From positions 1 through 64,000 of IMG/VR virus record IMGVR_UViG_641509473_000001: a stretch of 64,000 nucleotides of DNA, one strand, 5' to 3'. The notes under the pieces are model-generated. The model was not told the DNA's origin. It did no database searches and saw only the letters and a program-made list of their open reading frames with translations. Source of the DNA: a virus. Lineage: Duplodnaviria; Caudoviricetes. The translations under genes and the position numbers were made by a program. Below are positions 40,803 to 56,200 of the stretch, piece by piece. The stretch's first letter is position 1. Each line of letters opens with the position of its first letter.

Positions 40803-40943
40803 CTACTCGTCGTCGCAATGCTCGCATAGACCTTGTGCGGCTTGCTTCAGATACCAGTATTCCAGGTTGTATTCCAGGTCGTCCTCCTCGTCCTCTTGCC
40901 AATCCGCCCATAGGTCGAGGTAGAGCAAGTCAAGCTCGCTCAT
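40803..40943 (-). CDS. 46-aa very acidic early peptide (not in ORF track)
   Basis: TTATTCCTTC-ATG; MSELDLLYLDLWADWQEDEEDDLEYNLEYWYLKQAAQGLCEHCDDE. Confidence 0.7.
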   Translation of the reverse strand: MSELDLLYLDLWADWQEDEEDDLEYNLEYWYLKQAAQGLCEHCDDE

Positions 40944-41015
40944 GAAGGAATAAGCTCCGTACTTGTGCAAGCCGTACGGAGCCCTAAAAAAGGGAGGGCT
41001 AACGCCCCCACCGCC

Positions 41016-41249
41016 CTACCAGTCTCCTCCCGCGAAGGAGACCGGGCGGTCCATTTGACGGTTCAACTCCCGCTTCAACTCCCGTAATAGCCTCCACATG
41101 GGGCTATCTTCAGGGATTTGAAGCTCGGTACCATCCAGCATTACGTAGACGGTTTCTAGGCCGTCCATCTTGACGGTTCCCCCACTTACGAGCTTGACGA
41201 CAAGCTCCCGGCCAAGTGGGGAGATTTGCACCCCCTGGACGATGTCCAT
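41016..41249 (-). CDS. Early hypothetical protein
   Basis: TTATTCCTTT-ATG. Confidence 0.7.
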   Translation of the reverse strand: MDIVQGVQISPLGRELVVKLVSGGTVKMDGLETVYVMLDGTELQIPEDSPMWRLLRELKRELNRQMDRPVSFAGGDW

Positions 41250-41323
41250 AAAGGAATAAGCTCCGTACCCGTACCCGGCGTACGGAGGTCAAAAAAGAGG
41301 GGCTAGACGCCCCCCGGCCAGAA

Positions 41324-41479
41324 CTACCACCAGTAGTCGCCTTCGTCCTGCTCCTCGAAGATGTCGGTCCCGATGTCGAGCGTTGTTATACGCTCGACGA
41401 AATCCGCAATCTCCTCAGGACGAAGCGCCCCTTCCGCCACAAGAGCCTCCACTATAGCCTCCACAGAGACTGTGCGCAT
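41324..41479 (-). CDS. gp76: gp76-type host RNAP inhibitor (51 aa, not in ORF track)
   Basis: MRTVSVEAIVEALVAEGALRPEEIADFVERITTLDIGTDIFEEQDEGDYWW; size, position and sequence fit my recollection of P23-45 gp76. Confidence 0.7.
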   Translation of the reverse strand: MRTVSVEAIVEALVAEGALRPEEIADFVERITTLDIGTDIFEEQDEGDYWW

Positions 41480-41549
41480 AGTAAAGGAATAAAGGGGGGG
41501 CTAGGGGTTTCCCCCATCGCCCCTCCTCTCTTCCGTTGCTCCCTACTAG

Positions 41550-41762
41550 CTACAAAACGGTAGGGAAGTCATCTTGCGCCCAGCAATACAAATCATAGAC
41601 CGTATGCTGGGCTAGCGGGTTTCCGTCATCGCGGTATCCAACAAGACGGTTCCCCTCACGGCAGATATACACTCGTTCCCCGGAGTGGAGAACGAGCTCC
41701 AGTTGGCCCTCATGCCGCTTAACCTCCCTGGTCGCTCGCTTAATGAGCATAGCGGTATTCAT
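41550..41762 (-). CDS. First early hypothetical protein
   Basis: TTATTCCTTT-ATG. Confidence 0.7.
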   Translation of the reverse strand: MNTAMLIKRATREVKRHEGQLELVLHSGERVYICREGNRLVGYRDDGNPLAQHTVYDLYCWAQDDFPTVL

Positions 41763-42037
41763 AAAGGAATAAAAGCCTGCTAGATGGTAGGGGGAAATCC
41801 TACAACCTAGCGGCGCGGGGTGTTGGGGGGCAACCCTCCAGACCAGGGGAGGGGGGGTGTTTTTCCACCACTCACACCCTTCACGCCACCCGCATTTCGC
41901 TTGGAAGGGAGGGGGTAGCTTCGGAAAATGCGCTTTTAAGTTCGGGCTTACGTACGTTGTATGACAAAAATCGCGTATTTCCTAGCAGATTTGACATCGT
42001 TTTGCGGGAAAATCCACGTTTTTAAAATCTTAGCCTT

Positions 42038-42046
42038 TGCTATGAT
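42038..42046 (+). promoter_or_regulatory. Extended -10 late promoter TGCTATGAT
   Basis: 12 nt upstream of the first rightward ATG (42059), AT-rich context. Confidence 0.55.
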
Positions 42047-42058
42047 GGATTTGTACCT

Positions 42059-42700
42059 ATGAACGCGAGGGAGGCTATCGCGGCGGGACTCCGCTTTTAT
42101 CAACGCGTGGGTCGCGCTCCTAGACGCGAAGACTTTAGACCCAAGCATAAAGCTCGTTGGGAGGCTATTCTAGGCTTTGAGCTTCCAGGTGAGTACACCA
42201 TAAAAAAGGAGTTTGGAGGGTTCAACAACTACATTCGCGCTATGGGCTTAAGCCTGAACGTGGCTAACGATGTGGAGGAAGTGGAAAACGCTAGCTTGCG
42301 GCATGTGCTTGAGGTCTACCCCAACGCTCAACTGGTGAAGTCTGAGCAGTCGGTGTACGACCTAGAGATAGGCCAGGAGCGGGTGGAGGTTAAAGGCACG
42401 CAACTTTCTATTCGCAATGACAACGGCGCCATGCACTTCTCCTGGCGGCTTCACAACCGCATCTTTAGCAAGCTAGTGGACAGGGTGATTCTGGTTGGGT
42501 TGGACAAGGACTTAAACCCTCTAGTGCGCCTGGAGTTCAAAGGGAGCGGTCTAAGGCTTTTGGACAACAAAGACACCCTTACCGTGTACGCCGATGCGCT
42601 ATTAGGCGGTCATAGCAAATACAAGCCATACATCACCTGGATTGCGCCTATCGCGGGAGACTTGAGCCAATATGCCAGAGTATCCAAAGCACGCCTCTGA
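42059..42700 (+). CDS. Putative endonuclease: homing-endonuclease-associated repeat plus PD-(D/E)XK domain
   Basis: VGRAPRREDF...KEFGGFNNYIRAMGL; YDLEIGQERVEVKG. Confidence 0.6.
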   Translation: MNAREAIAAGLRFYQRVGRAPRREDFRPKHKARWEAILGFELPGEYTIKKEFGGFNNYIRAMGLSLNVANDVEEVENASLRHVLEVYPNAQLVKSEQSVYDLEIGQERVEVKGTQLSIRNDNGAMHFSWRLHNRIFSKLVDRVILVGLDKDLNPLVRLEFKGSGLRLLDNKDTLTVYADALLGGHSKYKPYITWIAPIAGDLSQYARVSKARL

Positions 42701-42884
42701 TGAGCCTTTCGGGTTGATAAGCGAAGAAGGAGAGGTTTTTCTAGGCTTCTACCCCGAAGAGGACGACGTAGTAATAGAAGCTACGTTAGGCACTTTCAAG
42801 GTAAGCAAAGAGCTTTTGCTTCAGTTGGCCGACGCTATTTACTACCGGTTTGGACACATTCGCGAGCCCAAGGTGAGAGCATGA
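42672..42884 (+). CDS. Hypothetical protein
   Basis: 70-aa coupled ORF. Confidence 0.55.
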   Translation: MPEYPKHASDEPFGLISEEGEVFLGFYPEEDDVVIEATLGTFKVSKELLLQLADAIYYRFGHIREPKVRA

Positions 42885-43567
42885 CGGTAGAGCTCAAACA
42901 AGTTCCGCTAACGGACATACAACCTAACCCTTGGAACCCTCACCGCATGACGGAGGAGGAGTTTGAGGCGCTAATCGCTTCCGTGCGTGAAGATGGTCAA
43001 TGGCGTCCAATCATCGTGGTGGAGATGGACGTCCCTGACGAGTACACGCCGAAGGTGGAGTTCCCATACCGCATTGTGGACGGCGAACATCTTTACCGCG
43101 CCCTGGTTCAACTTCACATGGAAGGCGTGTGGCCCAACTTGGCCAACGTGGTGGTCTACGGCAAGAACTCCGAGGTTCCGGCCTGGAAACAGATGGAGAT
43201 TGGCCAGACCATCAACCACGGCCTCCGAGGGTCCAAGGAAGACCCGGTCAAGACTAAGCAGGTGCTTGAGCAGATTCTCAAGCATAGACCTGTAGAAGCG
43301 GTGGCGAGGAAGCTCGGTATGGGCGTGGCCGGAGTAAAGCGTGTGGCGGAAGCGCCCAAGCCGGTTCGGCTAAGCGGGCCGTCTTACATGCCAACGTACA
43401 AGGAGCGGCAAAACCACGTCATCGCCCTACTCTTTTCCACCGCGGATGAGCTTAAAGAGTTTGACGACCTGGTTCAGAGCCTGGCGACTCCAGAAGAGCG
43501 GAAGCTCCCTAGGGGTCAACGTAGGCTTAGCGTTCTTAAAAGAGCTTTGCAAGCGCTCAAAACCTAG
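42881..43567 (+). CDS. ParB/Srx-like N-terminal domain protein
   Basis: IQPNPWNP, PIIV, YRIVDGEH, NHGLRG. Confidence 0.8.
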   Translation: MTVELKQVPLTDIQPNPWNPHRMTEEEFEALIASVREDGQWRPIIVVEMDVPDEYTPKVEFPYRIVDGEHLYRALVQLHMEGVWPNLANVVVYGKNSEVPAWKQMEIGQTINHGLRGSKEDPVKTKQVLEQILKHRPVEAVARKLGMGVAGVKRVAEAPKPVRLSGPSYMPTYKERQNHVIALLFSTADELKEFDDLVQSLATPEERKLPRGQRRLSVLKRALQALKT

Positions 43568-43577
43568 GAGACGTCTT

Positions 43578-43739
43578 ATGGAGTACGAGACCCTTTGCGA
43601 CGTGTGCATTCGTAAATACGAGGGATGCTACCTTTACGAGTTTTTCATCGCTCCCCTATCCGCCGACGGTGTGCGCCTTGAGGTCAAAGACTGTGTGCAG
43701 TACCTGTCTGAGGTAGAAAGCGATGAGCGTGAGTTTTAG
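43578..43739 (+). CDS. Small Cys-rich protein
   Basis: LCDVC..GC...VKDC; AGGAG RBS. Confidence 0.55.
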   Translation: MEYETLCDVCIRKYEGCYLYEFFIAPLSADGVRLEVKDCVQYLSEVESDEREF

Positions 43740-44218
43740 GGATAGAGTGCTCAAGCTCTACCTGCTTGGCTTTGACCCTAGCGAGATTGCGCAAACCCTT
43801 AGCCTGGACGCCAAGCGCAAGGTTACAGAGGAGGAAGTTCTACACGTCCTAGCCGAGGCTAGAGAGCTTCTTTCTGCCTTGCCTTCCCTTGAGGACATCC
43901 GGGCCGAGGTGGGTCAGGCCCTAGAGCGCGCCCGGATTTTCCAGAAAGACCTGCTAGCGATTTACCAGAACATGCTCCGCAACTACAACGCCATGATGGA
44001 AGGCTTGACCGAGCATCCAGACGGTACCCCGGTGATTGGCGTAAGACCGGCGGATATAGCCGCTATGGCCGACCGGATTATGAAGATTGACCAGGAGCGC
44101 ATCACCGCTCTGCTCAATAGCCTCAAGGTGCTAGGCCATGTTGGGTCCACAACCGCCGGAGCTCTCCCCTCCGCTACAGAGCTAGTGCGCGTGGAGGAGC
44201 TGGTGGCGGAGGTGGTGG

Positions 44219-44238
<20 letters not shown>
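43723..44238 (+). CDS. terS: Terminase small subunit
   Basis: N-terminal HTH (FDPSEIAQTL), helical core, overlaps terL. Confidence 0.88.
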
Positions 44239-47034
<2,796 letters not shown>

Positions 47035-48054
47035 ATGTCTCAGATAGACGGCGTGCTGTTTTCCGAGAGCGGCGCCGAGGTTACGATTCAGGACCTCATC
47101 TTTACCGACGAGATTCCGCCCCTGTTCTCCGGTAACAAGGTCATCGGTCCCAAACCCCTGGTGGCGGAAGGAACGTACTACGTGTACGACCTCTACAGCG
47201 ACAAATACATCAAGCGGGTCATCACCAAGCAGGACTTGGAGAAATACTTCCGCAACGCTACCAGGGACGTGGCGGTAAACTACGAGCACGACCGCACCTC
47301 CGGGGTCAAGGGTTGGGTTCGGCTTAGGGACACCAAGTACCTGGGCGAGATACAGACCCCGGATGGACCCAAGACGGCCATCTTCGCGGCCATTGAGCTC
47401 ATGCCGGAGGCGGCGGAGCTCGTGGCCAAAGGCTACTACCGGGACGTGTCCATAGAGCTCAAGCCCATTAGCTACGAGATTACCGGCTTGGCGCTCACCG
47501 CTTATCCCGTAATCCGGCACTTGCAGTTCTATTCCGATACGCAAACCGCTAGCGAAGAGGAGGGTTTAAAAGAACCCACCCAGTATAATGAGGGAGCCAC
47601 GATGGATAAAGAGACGCTTTTGAGTGAGGCGCTTCAGGCGTACGGCCTCACGCCTGAAGACTTGGCGCGCCTGCCTGAGCTTCTGGCCAAGGCCAAGGAG
47701 GCCGAGCGGCAGGCTGAGGAGGCCCGGCGTCAGGCCCGGTTTGCCCAGCTTCGCGTGGAGCTGGAGCAGAAGGTGGTCAAGGACGGGCTCAAGGTGGCCC
47801 CAGGCGCCCTGGACGCGCTGGCCGCGCTTTACCTCTACGCCGAGGAGCACGAGGTGAAGTTCTCCATGGACGACCGGCAGACCGACCTCAAGGGCCTGCT
47901 TGACGAGGTTCTTGCCGGGATTGAGGCGGTGAGCGTGTTCGGGGAGACCGGGGCGGCCCAGCTCAAGCCCAACCCTGAACCTTCTGGCGTTAACAAGGAG
48001 CGGGTGGAGGAGATTGTCAACATCGCCATCCGGCGTTTGAGCGACAACCTGTAA
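47035..48054 (+). CDS. Prohead protease-scaffold protein
   Basis: VNYEH, GWV, YRDVSIEL, GLALTAYP (Mu gpI-like protease) followed by a coiled coil. Confidence 0.8.
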   Translation: MSQIDGVLFSESGAEVTIQDLIFTDEIPPLFSGNKVIGPKPLVAEGTYYVYDLYSDKYIKRVITKQDLEKYFRNATRDVAVNYEHDRTSGVKGWVRLRDTKYLGEIQTPDGPKTAIFAAIELMPEAAELVAKGYYRDVSIELKPISYEITGLALTAYPVIRHLQFYSDTQTASEEEGLKEPTQYNEGATMDKETLLSEALQAYGLTPEDLARLPELLAKAKEAERQAEEARRQARFAQLRVELEQKVVKDGLKVAPGALDALAALYLYAEEHEVKFSMDDRQTDLKGLLDEVLAGIEAVSVFGETGAAQLKPNPEPSGVNKERVEEIVNIAIRRLSDNL

Positions 48055-48063
48055 AGGAGCGCT

Positions 48064-49736
<1,673 letters not shown>

Positions 49737-49741
49737 TCCCT

Positions 49742-52746
<3,005 letters not shown>

Positions 52747-52747
<1 letters not shown>

Positions 52748-53241
52748 TGACCCGGCTTTCCGACCTCTTCGCCCCGGAGTGGACCCTGCAGGTGGGTGAG
52801 GAGGTCTGGAGGATGCGGCCCCTCAGTCTAGCCACGCTAGCTGAGGCTGAGGGGCAAGGCATCCTGTTGGAGAACCTGCAGGCCGGGGACCTGCAGAGCT
52901 GGACCCGGTTTTTAGAGTTCCTATCGGGCGTAGAGGCCGCCAAGCTGGTAGCCGCGCTGGAGAAGTACCCCCTAGTGCTGGAGGCGTTCCAGCGCAAGGT
53001 AATGTGGGCCTTCGGCGCGGACGACGCTAGCGAGGTCAAGGTCAACAGGAGAAGAGTTAAAAACCCGCTCAAGGATACTAAGGAAGAGGTCAAGCCCGAA
53101 CCCACGGACTTCGGCTTTCTCGTTACGCTAAGCCGCGTAACGGGAATCGCCCTTAGCGACCTCTCCCGGATGACCTTGCGCGGGTTGATGGCGGTGCAGG
53201 CGAGCCTGAAGGACTTGCCGCCCGCACCAAAGCTGTTCTGA
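52747..53241 (+). CDS. Tail assembly chaperone
   Basis: Between tail tube and tape measure genes. Confidence 0.65.
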
Positions 53242-53246
53242 CGACC

Positions 53247-53278
53247 GCCGGGGGAGGGGGACCTCCCCTGGCTTTTTT
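53247..53278 (+). terminator. GNRA-loop intrinsic terminator immediately before the tape measure gene
   Basis: GCCGGGGGAGG-GGGA-CCTCCCCTGGC-TTTTTT. Confidence 0.8.
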
Positions 53279-53286
53279 CTTCGCTT

Positions 53287-56200
53287 ATGGACCTGGAGAG
53301 ATACGCCATCGTTGTTTCCGCGGCGGTTGAGGCCGACGAGCTGGTGCTGGACCTGGACAAGTCCACCTTGGAGGAGCTGGAAGCCAAGCTCAACCAGGAG
53401 TTGGCGGGTACGGACCAGGTGGGCGAGCAAGCGGGCAAGGAGCTAGCCGAGGGCTTGGAGCGCGGCGCGGTGGAGGGCCTGGACGTTCGTCAGGTCCTGG
53501 CCAAGCTCAAGGCGGCCCTAAAAGGCGAAGTGCGCGAGCTGGCCACGGAAGAGGTCAAGGCTCTCCGCGCCGCCATCCAGCACGCCTTAGGCGTAGAGCT
53601 GGACGACAACGCCAAGCGCCAGTTGGCGGAAAGCGCCAAGCTTCTTGACCGCATCATTGAATCCGCCACCCGCAACCAGAGCCTCACGGTCAAGCTTCGG
53701 TTTGACGCCGACCGGAGCGCCCTGCTTACCGCGGAGCGCTTAGCGGACGCTTATCTAAACCGGATTAGAGAAGCTCTAAAGCAAGACAAAAGCTCTCCTC
53801 TTTACCAGGCGTTTAGCGCCTTGGCTAAGGGTACGGGGGAGAAGCTATCCCCGGACGAGGCCAAGTTCAGGGCCGGTCTATTCGCCGACGTTCGCGACCG
53901 CTTCTTGGCCCTCCTCAAGCAGGACCTGCAGAGCTACATTGCCGACCAGCTCAAACGCGGACACGCCGTTGGCGATATTAAACTGCCAGACACTCAAGCG
54001 ATACTTAGCGAAGCTGGTCTGCCCACCTTGAAGCAGGCCCTGCTCTTGAGCCGGGCGGTGGACCTGGACGCGAACAACCGGGCTAAGCTGGCCAAAGACC
54101 TCGGCCAGTTTATGCCCGAAGTGGCTCAGGTGTTAAAGGCCCCTGAAAAAGGCGCAAGTTGGGAAGAAATCAACGCCGTGGTGCGTGAGGCCAAGAAGGC
54201 CATCCACGACGCGGAGGAAGCGCGTAGAGTCGCCCTCTCGCTTAGGAGCGTAACCAAGGAGGGCAACAAACCTTTCGCCCAGCAAACGGGACGGTTCCAC
54301 ACGATAGAACTTCAGGAGGAAGGCTCTCCCGACGAGTTTCAGGAGCTTTTGCGCCTTCAGGCCAGCACTCAAGGCCATGTAGACGAAACCACCTTGGCTA
54401 GGCTTGTGGTCCAGAAGCGGGCCACCAAGGCCATCCTTAAGAAGCTTTTGGAGACTGCCGACCGCCCGGAGGAGCAGGCCGTTTGGCGGGCGGCCATTGA
54501 GCGGTTGGTTATCGGCAACACGGCGTACGATTTGAAGGACGACGAGAGCTTCGCCAAGCTCATAGAGCTAGCGAAGAAACACCCGTTAGAGAAAGTGGTT
54601 AAGAACGTCCGGGAAGTGCAGTTCTCCGAGAAGGTAACCCTAAGCGACAAGTACGCGTTTGTACCCGCCTCTAACCAGGGGCGAATCTTCCTAAGCCACC
54701 TCCGGCGGGAGAACATCTACCGCACGCCCACGCAACGGCCTTTGAGCCTTAAGGTGGCGGAAGAGGGCGAAGGGGTTCGCCTAAAAGAGATGGAGGAGAA
54801 GGCGCTAGGCGACGGCGCCTTGGGCATCTTGCGTCCCCAGTCCTTGGGGTTGCCGGAGGACTACACCGGGGTAGTGCAGGTTCGCGGCGAGCTCGCGGAC
54901 CCGGAGGGGAACGTCTACGCCGGGCTCAAGGGCACGGTCATCGTAGACCCTAGGGCCAAGGAGGATTTCCTCAACCTGAACGACCTTTACCGCGGGGACA
55001 CCGTGGTAGACGGCAAGAAGTACACCAAGGAAGAGGTGGACGCCCTCATACGGGAGAAGCTCAAGACGGGAGCGCTCCAGCTCAACCTCGGCATTCACCG
55101 CGTGTCCACGGTAGAGGAAGCCAAGGTGGGCAAGCAGGTCTTCCTGCGGCACATGGGCGGGGTGCCCTTCAACCGCGGGCGCATCTCCCCGTCCGAGGCC
55201 GCCAAGTGGGCGGCTCAGGCCAAGGAGCTCAAGTTCCTCCCCATGATTGCCGGTAGGGAGATGGGCCTCTCCCACTACCAGCAAATCGCCACCTTGGCCA
55301 AGACCTTTGGCGTGGAGGTGGACGAGGGCCAGTACTCTATGGCCGCGTCCCACACCGCCTACAAGGAGCTTGACCCGGAAATCTACCGCCTGCTGGAAGA
55401 GGGAGTGGAGCTTGACGCGGAAGGACGCCCCATCGTCCCCATCGTCATCGGCAAGGAAATGGCCGCCAAGCTCGGTTTGAAGGAAGGGGACATCGCCTTC
55501 ACCTTCCGCAACCCGGTGATGGGCCACGGCGGGGCGCTACTGCAGGCCCGCGTCGCCGCCATCCGCGACCGCCTGAACGCGGTGGTGGTTAACCAGGAGT
55601 ACGCCAAGAGCACGGGCGTGGACTTTGACGGGGATACCCTGGTAGTCCTGCCCAAGGGTCTACCCGTGGACCCGCACCGCCTGGAGGTCTTCCAGACCCT
55701 GATGGCCCACGCCGGTCTGGCCGGAGGACGTAAGGGCGGAGGTTCGGTAGAGCCCTCTCCTGGAGAGCTACGCTTCAAGGAACAACTTGAAGTGTACGAC
55801 AAGGTTCTCGCTCGGCTAAGCAAGTCCCGCTTGGCCGCGGAGCTACGCAACGCCGGGGTGGAGGACCTGAGCAACCCCTTTGAGGTGGTGCGCCAGCTAG
55901 AATCCTTGGGCGAAGAGGAGCTTCTCAAAGCGTTCAAGGGGTACTTGCGGAAAGGCTTCGCCAAGGAGCTTGGCTTGGACCTGAAGAGCGAAGAGGACCG
56001 CGCCCGGCTCAACCAGTACCTTTTTGAGGGTTTCCTGGACTACCGCAAGCAGTTCCAGGACCCAAGGCGGGTCTACAAGAAGCTTCCCCTCATGCCCTCC
56101 GCCGCTTTAGCCGCTTCTTTACTCCAGGTGGAGGCCCACAAGAAGGAGTACGACCCCTCGGACCCCGTGGCCTTGGCCGCGGGCCAGCTCACCACGTCCT

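Larger units (their letters stand above)
33070..41772 (-). promoter_or_regulatory. About 17 copies of the early phage-RNAP motif TTATTC(C/T)TTT, mostly fused to the start ATG
   Basis: Copies at about 33070, 33440, 33840, 35263, 37152, 37588, 37850, 38114, 39273, 39598, 39972, 40320, 40723, 40941, 41247, 41477, 41760. Matches the early promoter motif I recall for P23-45. Confidence 0.85.

Noticed and set aside
38920-41320. CRISPR-like array from repeated intergenic elements
   Set aside because: Repeats are degenerate and separated by whole genes of 140-330 nt, not spacers
41991-41996. TTGACA as the -35 of the late promoter
   Set aside because: No -10 hexamer at 16-18 nt; the extended -10 at 42038 is too far away
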